A DNA stretch of 64,000 bases from a virus. This document shows, piece by piece, positions 56,315 through 64,000 of this stretch. The notes below the pieces were generated by a model. The model was not told the DNA's origin. It saw only the letters and a program-made list of their open reading frames with translations, and ran no database searches. The stretch lies in IMG/VR virus record IMGVR_UViG_3300025865_000006, positions 1 to 64,000 of that record; one strand, 5' to 3'. A program made the position numbers and the translations under genes. The first letter of the stretch is position 1, and each line of letters starts with the position of its first letter.

Positions 56315-57207
56315 TAGATTTCTCCTAACTTAACTCGTCCTCTACCTGTCCTATCAATCAAGCCTGTTTGCATGAGATAGGGTTCGATTTCTGTTTCGAT
56401 TGTAACTACGTCCATGCTGGTGACTGCTGAGATATACTGAATACCAACAGGTCTATCGTCAGGCATGGCCGCAAGATATTGCTTATCCCTATCAGTAAAT
56501 CCAAGCTTGTCAACCCCAAGCCTGTAGAATACGCTATCAGTAACATACTTGTTGATTACTCTGGTAGAGGTTACTGCCATATAATCAAAGACTGTGGCAA
56601 GATACATCAATCCAGTTCTTGGATTGAACCTACTGCGTGCTGCAATTCCTGTCAACTCATCATTAGGCTCGTAGCCCTTGCGTCTTGTAGTGTAGGCTAG
56701 GATAGTTGCAATATCACTTACACTGTACGGAGTTAAATTCACAGCCCTAAATCTACTTCGAAATGCCGATGATAGAAGCCCCGGATTTGTTGTGCATCCA
56801 ATGATGCTTAGTTTGCCACTGTCAATTACAAGGTTCAAACTATCGGCTGTCTCAGGATTTAGGTTGTGAATTTCGTCTACGATGATCGTGCCTTTAGTCG
56901 GAGTGGCACGGTTGACCGCCGCTGCGTCAAACAGGGCACCAGAGCCATTGTAGGCCGTCAGGGCGAGCCGCGCAAGGGTGGTCTTGCCCGTGCCGTACGG
57001 CCCTGTTATCATAATGTTGGGGAGAAGACGATGTTCAATCTTAGCCGCATCAATAATGATACGAATAATATCTTTCGCATTCTCTTGGCCAACATAATCC
57101 CCAAAGGTTTGGGGGGCAAAGATATCTGTAATTGGTTCTACATAACGTACCTTGTGTTGTACTGCGCTTTTATTTAGATTGCTGAGATACCTGTCTCGGA
57201 ATGTCAT
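56314..57207 (-). CDS. ruvB: RuvB-like Holliday junction branch-migration ATPase
   Basis: PQTFGDYVGQ, GPYGTGKTT, VDEIH, GCTT, FRSRF, SRFNPR, EPYLMQTGLIDRTGRGR. Confidence 0.85.
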   Translation of the reverse strand: MTFRDRYLSNLNKSAVQHKVRYVEPITDIFAPQTFGDYVGQENAKDIIRIIIDAAKIEHRLLPNIMITGPYGTGKTTLARLALTAYNGSGALFDAAAVNRATPTKGTIIVDEIHNLNPETADSLNLVIDSGKLSIIGCTTNPGLLSSAFRSRFRAVNLTPYSVSDIATILAYTTRRKGYEPNDELTGIAARSRFNPRTGLMYLATVFDYMAVTSTRVINKYVTDSVFYRLGVDKLGFTDRDKQYLAAMPDDRPVGIQYISAVTSMDVVTIETEIEPYLMQTGLIDRTGRGRVKLGEI

Positions 57208-57474
57208 TGACCGGGCAACCTTTCTGCCCACAATTAACAGTTTTGCAAAACGTATGTGGGTTTGCTTCTAGGTGACGTTGATTATGTCTATCCATTGGTT
57301 CTTTAACCCACTTAAAACAGGTGGGACATGGTTGCCCACTCATACTTCACTCTTTCTTAGATGCCGTGTCTAAACTTTGATTGTTGCATAGCTTAATGTG
57401 CCAGAGCCATCCGTCAAGTGACCATCGCTTTGAGTAGCCACACTTGGGACAAACTAAGTCTTTCGACTTCCTAC

Positions 57475-57672
57475 TCATACCTCACTCTTCTTCTTTACTG
57501 GCTCAATGAAATCGTGTTCCTTAACACAAACTTCATGAAAGGACTCCAAATCAGGCACACTTACAATGGTTCCCCCATCCTTAGGGCATTGCTTAATAAC
57601 CCAACCATATTTATGACCTCTAAATGCAGAAGAAACTGCAACTTCTACAAAAGTTCCGTTCTTAATTGTCAT
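57475..57672 (-). CDS. hypothetical protein
   Basis: Operon packing. Confidence 0.55.
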   Translation of the reverse strand: MTIKNGTFVEVAVSSAFRGHKYGWVIKQCPKDGGTIVSVPDLESFHEVCVKEHDFIEPVKKKSEV

Positions 57673-57983
57673 TTGATTATAATCTTTGTCGCTTCGGAGG
57701 GGGGAACATGAACAAAGAAGCCTTGAAGTTGTAGCTGCTCACAAATCTCGTTAATATCACCGTCCTCACCCCAACCAATATAGAATGCCCCTCCAAACGG
57801 AAACATCCCATCGATAAGATGCTCTGTATCCTGAGTAACATAGTAAACGTACTTATTGGTATGAAATTCGGATGTAGAGCAGGTATTACAATCCCCTGTC
57901 GTATTGACTTCGTAACCCTTACTCTTTAGGGTAGCGAAAGCAAGATCGACTCGGGCAAGATCAGACAACTGCATTTTCGGCAT
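57669..57983 (-). CDS. hypothetical protein
   Basis: AF..L...GY, CNTC, YIGW. Confidence 0.65.
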   Translation of the reverse strand: MPKMQLSDLARVDLAFATLKSKGYEVNTTGDCNTCSTSEFHTNKYVYYVTQDTEHLIDGMFPFGGAFYIGWGEDGDINEICEQLQLQGFFVHVPPSEATKIIIK

Positions 57984-58410
57984 CCCTCTTTTCCTTTCGC
58001 AGAATTTTGAATGCGTGCTGCCTTGCCTCTCTAATATACTTATCGCAAAAAGCGCGTGAATGGTAAGTGTTTTCCGGTTCGGCCCACTTTACTTTGCAGA
58101 TAAAGCGCATCTCTTCCGCAGCAAGCTTATCACTATACCGCTGACTAAGAGTTTCCCCACGAGTCTGAACAATCCAAGTCTCGCTGCCGGGCGATCCCCA
58201 CATAAGGAAATCTTCGATATTAGTTACATGGTATCCCCTCACACACATCATTAAAGGTAGCTTTACTGCCGGAAGCCAAGGACCGGGCTCATTCCTACTG
58301 CCAAGCCAGCCCTCATATTTAAAGAACGAATATGGGCCTATATGCTTTCCGGCCCAAGTCGAAGCGAGAACCTTAACGTACAGATTGCAATCATCTTTGC
58401 GCATTTTCAT
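57961..58410 (-). CDS. hypothetical protein
   Basis: MCVRGYH..GE..DKLAA, a common phage motif. Confidence 0.65.
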   Translation of the reverse strand: MKMRKDDCNLYVKVLASTWAGKHIGPYSFFKYEGWLGSRNEPGPWLPAVKLPLMMCVRGYHVTNIEDFLMWGSPGSETWIVQTRGETLSQRYSDKLAAEEMRFICKVKWAEPENTYHSRAFCDKYIREARQHAFKILRKEKRDAENAVV

Positions 58411-59171
58411 TATCCTCTCAAAAGATTTCCATTACCGTGAGTACCACCAGCACCCATGCCCTGTTTGAAGGAAATTGTTTTGCCTGTTTCTTTTCCTGAA
58501 TTATACGCAGACCCGTACAAATTAAAGTTAGAGGAAGAGTTGCTTAGTCGTGGCCAAGTAGCCTTAACATATCGCTCAACTTCTTTATCGTTAAAGACGA
58601 TAACCGCGTTGATATTCTTATCCTCGCTTAGATTCTTCTTAGTCTCATTAAGGCGCTCCCCAATCGTATTGAGAGCACCATAATAGAAAGAATTCTTCCA
58701 AGTCTTGCCGTGGATATAACGCAGCGAGTAGTCTGTAAATAGACCTTGGCCGTACTTATCTTCAAGACTACGAAGCTTTAGAATGTCATTCCAACGCTTG
58801 GCACAGATATCTTCAAGGTCACGCGCCAAAGTTTCCCAAAGAAATTGCGCAACTTCAATATTACTTTTCTTTCCAATCCAAATAAGACTACGCCCGCTTG
58901 TTAGAATCCTACAGAGATTAGCACTAGAAACGCTGTTTGCAAGATCAACCTTCCAGTTAATCTTATTCTGTTGGAAGATTTCCTGATACTCGTGACTAAC
59001 CCGTTCTCGCTTTTCAAAGTCTGCCGAATCAATACGAGACATATCCAGATTATACTGGATGAGCAGCGCTTGCGCCTTTGCAGCCGCAGCAGCAGCCTCA
59101 TTCTCGTTGCTATTCTTCTTTGATAGCGCCAGAAGCTTCTTGATCTTTAGAATGATACTATCTTCAACCAT
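58410..59171 (-). CDS. DUF2786-domain protein
   Basis: ILKIKKLLALS..NENEAAAAAAKAQALLIQYNL. Confidence 0.8.
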   Translation of the reverse strand: MVEDSIILKIKKLLALSKKNSNENEAAAAAAKAQALLIQYNLDMSRIDSADFEKRERVSHEYQEIFQQNKINWKVDLANSVSSANLCRILTSGRSLIWIGKKSNIEVAQFLWETLARDLEDICAKRWNDILKLRSLEDKYGQGLFTDYSLRYIHGKTWKNSFYYGALNTIGERLNETKKNLSEDKNINAVIVFNDKEVERYVKATWPRLSNSSSNFNLYGSAYNSGKETGKTISFKQGMGAGGTHGNGNLLRG

Positions 59172-59275
59172 ATCCTAACTTTCCTTTCGTCCACGTTCGT
59201 ATCCTAGTGAGTAACAGTAGATGCCCACATTAAGGGACGTAAATAAAACCATGAGCAGGAGAAAAGTTCCGTCAC

Positions 59276-59605
59276 TCATTCAATTCTCTCAACACAGCCA
59301 CAATAATAGGTATCAACTTGCCTTCCCGGCATATACCGGAACATATTCAGGCTTAGGTTTGATTGAGTCTCGCCATGCCGAATTCCACCGGGCTGTTCAC
59401 CCACCCAACATGCAGCCATTCGACTGCGCAATGCTTTTAGCGGTACAATGGTTTTAGCCTCTTTACGAGACTCTGCATTGGCATAGGTAGCGGTATAACA
59501 CTTACCACAGACTGGCGATCTATTTCCTTCGGGGTCAGTATAATTTGAGTCAGAAACATGCCCGCAAGCCATAAGGCTGCGCAATGACAAAGTGTAATTA
59601 TCCAT
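59276..59605 (-). CDS. Cys-containing hypothetical protein
   Basis: LMACGH, CGKC, DTYYCGC. Confidence 0.65.
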   Translation of the reverse strand: MDNYTLSLRSLMACGHVSDSNYTDPEGNRSPVCGKCYTATYANAESRKEAKTIVPLKALRSRMAACWVGEQPGGIRHGETQSNLSLNMFRYMPGRQVDTYYCGCVERIE

Positions 59606-59657
59606 TTCTCCAAACCGATTTAGCTAATTTTTTGGGGGAGTAATTTTCCCTAGTTTT

Positions 59658-59963
59658 TCAATCTACCACAACAATTCTGCCAATTCGAATCCAATGACGA
59701 GTCATATCGTTTGCTTCTAGACGCATCGCCTCATAGTATTCTTTTTGAATCTCCCTCGGCACATCAGGCTCATCAATCATTCCAGCGATTTTTGCGCCAA
59801 TATACAATTCGTGATAATGCTCTTTTTCAGTCTCATTGGTAATTCGGGCACTTTCAGCATCATAGAAGTAGCCGCAATTATTACAGCGCCAAAGACCGTC
59901 CTCGATCATTGTAGCGCCCCATTCACCTTCGCATTTTACACAGCTAACGGTATATCTATCCAT
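59658..59963 (-). CDS. zinc-ribbon hypothetical protein
   Basis: AAAGGA RBS; CVKC..CNNC. Confidence 0.6.
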   Translation of the reverse strand: MDRYTVSCVKCEGEWGATMIEDGLWRCNNCGYFYDAESARITNETEKEHYHELYIGAKIAGMIDEPDVPREIQKEYYEAMRLEANDMTRHWIRIGRIVVVD

Positions 59964-60023
59964 ATCATCCTTTCCGCAAAGTACCCTCTGAAAAGTCCGC
60001 AAAATACCCCCTCGGACGCCCTG

Positions 60024-60052
60024 AGCGTATCACAAAACGTAGTGGGTGTCAA
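60024..60052 (-). promoter_or_regulatory. sigma70-type promoter
   Basis: TTGACA-17-TACGCT on minus strand. Confidence 0.65.
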
Positions 60053-60234
60053 GACTTTTCATTTTCCGCTGATTTAAGGTGCCACAAGAGGTCGGCCAAA
60101 CCGATTTCGGTAAAACCGTCCTTCTGTAACTCAACAATTGTTGCCCTTACATCATTAAGGTTAACCCTAACAAGATTTAGAACTCTATAATTAGGATCAT
60201 TGGGATCAATTTCTGTCACTTTAAGTTTCTCCAT
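60049..60234 (-). CDS. hypothetical protein
   Basis: Overlap packing. Confidence 0.5.
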   Translation of the reverse strand: MEKLKVTEIDPNDPNYRVLNLVRVNLNDVRATIVELQKDGFTEIGLADLLWHLKSAENEKS

Positions 60235-60790
60235 ATTTAGCCCAACGTTCTGCTTCCCATTCTGCTTCCCACTTATCCTCCCATGCTTGGGCTTCTGCAA
60301 GGGATTTGGGGGCACCCATAGTATAAATCCCTGTATACTTGTCATTATGCTCATGAGTCAATTGACGCCATGAATGCCAAAATGTAGGCTTAATCCCATC
60401 ATTGAGATAGCCAAAAGTAATCATTCCGTATCTAGGTTTACAGGTTGATACAATACCCTCTTCCATGACAGAGTGCCAAAATCTATAAACATAGCTTAGA
60501 ACCGGCCATTTCATCCACGGAATATGGTTATATAGAGAGAATGTGATTTTAAAAACTTTCATGCTGCGATCAGAGTTACGTCTAGCAGCAGGAGACATAG
60601 AATTACGCAGGCTATCCCAATTAAAGGGTGTATATCTGGTCCAGCCGCAAATGCCACACTCAATCTCTTCGGGCATATCTTTGGCACAAACATGCTCATT
60701 TATATAGCATTCCACACACACGTCTGGCGAAGGCTCACCTACATGGTCGTGTGTTGCTCTATTCGCATCTTCTTGTTCAATCTCATTCAC
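60221..60790 (-). CDS. hypothetical protein
   Basis: AGGAG RBS + GTG; CxxC pairs. Confidence 0.65.
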   Translation of the reverse strand: MNEIEQEDANRATHDHVGEPSPDVCVECYINEHVCAKDMPEEIECGICGWTRYTPFNWDSLRNSMSPAARRNSDRSMKVFKITFSLYNHIPWMKWPVLSYVYRFWHSVMEEGIVSTCKPRYGMITFGYLNDGIKPTFWHSWRQLTHEHNDKYTGIYTMGAPKSLAEAQAWEDKWEAEWEAERWAKYGET

Positions 60791-60791
60791 G

Positions 60792-61031
60792 CTATTCTCC
60801 TAAATGCTCTAAAAGATTTTCAATTGCGGCTGCTGGTCCGCGTCTAAATTTTTCTGTGCCCATTCCATCAAACCCGTATATGCGAGGATTACTGGTACGA
60901 GAAGGATTTACTACCCATATTGTCCAGTTCCCTCCAATACTTCGACGTAAATTAATCTCCCACCCTTCTATTTTTCGGTGTAGCCTAATCTCTAAGAGAG
61001 CCATTGCTTCATCTAGACTCATGTTTATCAC
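60792..61031 (-). CDS. hypothetical protein
   Basis: Operon packing. Confidence 0.55.
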   Translation of the reverse strand: MINMSLDEAMALLEIRLHRKIEGWEINLRRSIGGNWTIWVVNPSRTSNPRIYGFDGMGTEKFRRGPAAAIENLLEHLGE

Positions 61032-61200
61032 ACAACGGTCCTATATAAATACCATTACTCATCAACCAATGAGCGTGTTTTCGCGCAATATGAAGATAAA
61101 ACTCTTTGGATGGGCAATCCTCCCATTTATGGGGATACTCCTTAGTTGCACAGCCTTTATGTAAGATTACCTGTGCATAGGTAATAAGATACGGAGTCAT
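61009..61200 (-). CDS. hypothetical protein
   Basis: ATGA overlap. Confidence 0.5.
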   Translation of the reverse strand: MTPYLITYAQVILHKGCATKEYPHKWEDCPSKEFYLHIARKHAHWLMSNGIYIGPLCDKHESR

Positions 61201-61412
61201 ATAATCTTCTTGAAGGAGCGACGAATATTGATAAACACTTTAAACTCAATGGCGAAGAGATACTTAGGTTTATGGGAAGGGGCAGTTTCCAGCACCTTAA
61301 ATAGGAGCGGACCAAACCAAAGATAAGCTGCTCCAAAGGAGGGAGATTTTGTAACGTGTAGAGCAATCATTTTATATGCGGCCACGCCATGAGGGACATA
61401 ATCACTCCCCAA
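61197..61412 (-). CDS. hypothetical protein
   Basis: Operon packing; start uncertain. Confidence 0.45.
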   Translation of the reverse strand: MGSDYVPHGVAAYKMIALHVTKSPSFGAAYLWFGPLLFKVLETAPSHKPKYLFAIEFKVFINIRRSFKKII

Positions 61413-61533
61413 AACGCCCCACTAATAAGGCAAAAAATTTCATATGGCATAAATGGGGGATGGAAAATCGCCCCTAATAGACCAACTATAGCTGGCCAAA
61501 TAAGGAAAACTGCCACTCTCTTAATTGCTACTT

Positions 61534-61833
61534 TCACAGTTGCCCTGCCATTTCAAACTTACAGATACAATGATCAAGACAGTTTCCACAATTAGTGCAG
61601 TGGTCACTGGTGTAGTAAGTAATATATGCCCTATTACAGTCATCGCACTGACCAACATACTCCATATCATAATGCTCTTTATTGTCTCCATATTCATCGG
61701 AGACAAAGAGAATAGAGGCACCAGCATTCCTACTGGTTGCATCGTCAAGCATTCCCCATGCTTGCTTTGCAGCATCTAGACTGTTTTCTGCTTCCACAAT
61801 AACAGACCACTCAACACAAAATGTAGTTTCCAT
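61534..61833 (-). CDS. hypothetical protein
   Basis: VEAENSLDAA; Cys-rich tail. Confidence 0.65.
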   Translation of the reverse strand: METTFCVEWSVIVEAENSLDAAKQAWGMLDDATSRNAGASILFVSDEYGDNKEHYDMEYVGQCDDCNRAYITYYTSDHCTNCGNCLDHCICKFEMAGQL

Positions 61834-62048
61834 TAATCATCTTCCCCATTAAATTCTTCTGGACCAAAATACTCATCTAGATGCGTCTGGCAGAAAATCT
61901 CTTTCCTAAATTTCCCTCTTTTACAGTCCTTTTCCTCACATAGCGGTTCGTCACATCTACACGTACCATTAGCTCGGTAGTGGGACGGAAGAAGGATTAC
62001 CATAGGGCATCTCATAATGTCTTTAATGTTAATAATCTTGATTTCCAT
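61833..62048 (-). CDS. Cys-rich hypothetical protein
   Basis: AAGGAG RBS. Confidence 0.65.
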   Translation of the reverse strand: MEIKIINIKDIMRCPMVILLPSHYRANGTCRCDEPLCEEKDCKRGKFRKEIFCQTHLDEYFGPEEFNGEDD

Positions 62049-62070
62049 TTTTTCTCCTTTTTGGGTAAAT

Positions 62071-62101
62071 AAAAAGGGCCGAAAACTCTTCCGGCCCTCT
62101 T
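62071..62101 (-). terminator. intrinsic terminator after the orphan gene
   Basis: Minus strand AGAGGGCCGGAA-GAGT-TTTCGGCCCTTTTT. Confidence 0.85.
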
Positions 62102-62109
62102 TACTTTGT

Positions 62110-62137
62110 AAGTGGGAATACCGTGGAATTGTTGGAA
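62110..62137. repeat. left arm of imperfect inverted repeat bracketing ORF 62139-62708
   Basis: AAGTGGGAATACCGTGGAATTGTTGGAA. Confidence 0.8.
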
Positions 62138-62138
62138 A

Positions 62139-62708
62139 TTACTGGTTGCCCATCGCTGCGTTAACCGCTGCACGAAGGCGAGAAAGAGCCTCAGGGTTAA
62201 TTCCCTTAAGAGTAGTCTCATCGATATCGTCCAGACTATCGAGGCGGAAAATCTTCCGCTTGGGACCACGCTTTTTCAGGAGATTGCGATTAGCCTTATA
62301 ATTGGCAACCGCATCCTTAAGATATGCGGGAGTCTTAGAGGTATTATCCTCAACAGACCCGCGCCAATACTGGACCATGAGTGCCGTAATTGCAGCCACA
62401 TCTGCAAAATCGGCAGGAGCCTCACCCTGCACCCAAAAGAGTGTAGGAATGAGTTCCAGACGCCGATTATGCTTGCTGATATCCTCGACAATGGTATCCA
62501 CATCGTACTGCGGATCACACGTCAGACTATCAACAAAAACACCCTCCGGCGTCACCCGGAAACTAGCACGCGCCCCAAACAGGTGATAAAGGCCCTGCCA
62601 AGCGGCAAGGATTGCACTACCCTTATCGGGACCGTAAAACTTGACCGGAGTACCATCAACCAAAGTCTCGGTATCGGTAGCCGGTGCGGGAGCAGTAGAC
62701 CTAGCCAT
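62139..62708 (-). CDS. orphan protein in its own transcription unit
   Basis: AAAGGA RBS; own promoter and terminator. Confidence 0.8.
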   Translation of the reverse strand: MARSTAPAPATDTETLVDGTPVKFYGPDKGSAILAAWQGLYHLFGARASFRVTPEGVFVDSLTCDPQYDVDTIVEDISKHNRRLELIPTLFWVQGEAPADFADVAAITALMVQYWRGSVEDNTSKTPAYLKDAVANYKANRNLLKKRGPKRKIFRLDSLDDIDETTLKGINPEALSRLRAAVNAAMGNQ

Positions 62709-62739
62709 TGGAATAAATATCCTTTCTTTAGATATCTAC

Positions 62740-62765
62740 TTCCAACTTTCCCACGGTATTCACTT
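62740..62765. repeat. right arm of imperfect inverted repeat
   Basis: TTCCAACTTTCCCACGGTATTCACTT (revcomp AAGTGAATACCGTGGGAAAGTTGGAA). Confidence 0.8.
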
Positions 62766-62774
62766 GTTAAGTTT

Positions 62775-62904
62775 CGACGGCTATCGTAGCACTCGATATC
62801 TAGGAAGATCAACTCCTGAGTTTTGTAGATCGATACTTGTTTGTTTGATCGACCCTATTCACGAGAGCTACTTTCTAGCGTTTTCGAGCCATCCCCGCCG
62901 CTGT
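62775..62904 (-). ncRNA. multibranch structured 5' leader or ncRNA
   Basis: CGGCGG/CCGTCG and GCTCGA/TCGAGT stems enclosing three hairpins. Confidence 0.5.
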
Positions 62905-62911
62905 AAGAGGT

Positions 62912-62940
62912 ACACTAGCACAACGGGTTATGAGCGTCAA
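62912..62940 (-). promoter_or_regulatory. sigma70-type promoter
   Basis: TTGACG-17-TAGTGT with TG extension and A-rich upstream sequence. Confidence 0.6.
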
Positions 62941-63323
62941 CATTTTCTTTCAAAGTAGCCTTTAGGCGTGGCTTATTTCCTAATTAGAGTTACGACGAAC
63001 TTTCTGTTACCATTTGGTAGTTCATTTATGATTTTAGAGTATAAAACTTTCTGCTGTTACCCTGTGGAAACTGGGAATAATTATAGGCTGTAAAAACATT
63101 TCTTTTTACCACTCATTTTTTCCCGTACAATAGCTCAGGCTTCTATTCCTATACTATTACGTATCACCTAAGCCTAGGCAAATTTACAGTCGAACTTTCC
63201 AGTCCACAACCTCCCTCGCGCGGGCGCATAAACTGCTCCCGCGTGCAGTTTATATGGCACGCCGTTGTCAGTTCCCATTTCTAGGCAATTGTTGCGAACT
63301 ACAAAACATCCCCCTATTGTCTA

Positions 63324-63351
63324 TTGACATGGCGGATATTTGTGGTATGAT
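63324..63351 (+). promoter_or_regulatory. sigma70-type promoter
   Basis: TTGACA-16-TATGAT with TG extension. Confidence 0.65.
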
Positions 63352-63444
63352 TCTCGTAGAGATTTGATCTGGTGGTATTGCAGCGTTTCTACGGCGGGAA
63401 AAGCCGGTCGGCCATAATGTTGAGAAAAAAGAAAGGGAATATAA

Positions 63445-63999
63445 ATGACACCGCAAGAAATGGCTGATTTGCTGAAAAACTATGGTACTCAGCAAAGGAC
63501 TGTGGAAAAGCAAATTGTCCATCGGTTGTATAATGTTGTGATTAGGGACGGCAATCATAGCATTGTGGAAATCGAAGAGTTGGTTTCTCTGCGAAAGGCC
63601 CGAGAAATCAAGAATGAGGCTCATGCAAACGGATGTACAGCCGATATTCTTGAAGATTGGACCATTGATTGCAATGATCGAGAAATCAATCCGAAGCCGA
63701 TTATTTGCAGTCCTATTCCTGCACCACGGGTTACGGCAATGAATACGCCGAGAATTCCCGAAAAGAAAGGACAACTTCGAACTCAGCAGAATATGGCTAA
63801 GGCTCAGGATAAGTTTTCTCGAAGCCATAAGAATGTGGAAAGCGAATTCCACATGTTTCGCATTGTGAATAAGGTCTTAGAAATCGATATCCAAGATACT
63901 GAAGCGAAGATTGCTGAGTATCTGGATGGGCGCAAGGATATCAAGGACTTCAAGATCATCTATTGTGGAATTGCAACTTCGTGGGGAGTGGATGCATAA
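63445..63999 (+). CDS. hypothetical protein
   Basis: AAAGGGA RBS, upstream promoter, 184 aa. Confidence 0.6.
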   Translation: MTPQEMADLLKNYGTQQRTVEKQIVHRLYNVVIRDGNHSIVEIEELVSLRKAREIKNEAHANGCTADILEDWTIDCNDREINPKPIICSPIPAPRVTAMNTPRIPEKKGQLRTQQNMAKAQDKFSRSHKNVESEFHMFRIVNKVLEIDIQDTEAKIAEYLDGRKDIKDFKIIYCGIATSWGVDA

Positions 64000-64000
64000 A

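Noticed and set aside
62110-62765. Invertible segment or IS element bounded by inverted repeats
   Set aside because: No recombinase or transposase motifs, no target duplication seen; mismatches fit RNA pairing better
794-63852. Many antisense and overlapping ORFs in the track (e.g. 2779-3231, 4345-4659, 60628-61164, 62112-62789, 63268-63852)
   Set aside because: Shadows of tRNAs or better-supported genes; no RBS or recognisable motifs
1-64000. Prophage boundaries or host genes
   Set aside because: No integrase, att-like duplication or housekeeping operon recognised

Overview
AT-rich genome segment of a large tailed bacteriophage with a siphovirus-type layout, sigma70-type promoters and GGAGG RBSs. 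0.2-7.2 kb: 19 CCA-encoding tRNAs interleaved with small ORFs, an HNH nuclease, a SAM methyltransferase, a pyruvyltransferase-like gene, a glycosyltransferase and several unexplained structured RNAs, including an 84-nt Ala-acceptor RNA resembling a tmRNA without its mRNA domain. 7.2-41.2 kb: TerL, portal, protease/scaffold, capsid, head-tail genes interrupted by two glycosyltransferases, major tail, frameshifted chaperone, tape measure, Dit, an elaborate adhesion module, a fourth glycosyltransferase, a C39-like putative endolysin and a holin. 41.5-54.3 kb: SSB, DnaB, nucleases, two LAGLIDADG endonucleases, dCMP deaminase, a Mom-like GNAT and a dNMP kinase pair. 54.3-62.9 kb: minus-strand early-type genes including RuvB-like and DUF2786-like ORFs and an orphan gene bracketed by a long-range RNA duplex behind a structured leader. 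No integrase, DNA polymerase, primase, reverse transcriptase or CRISPR array was seen, so the genome probably extends beyond the window. All calls come from reading motifs and synteny by eye; no searches were run.
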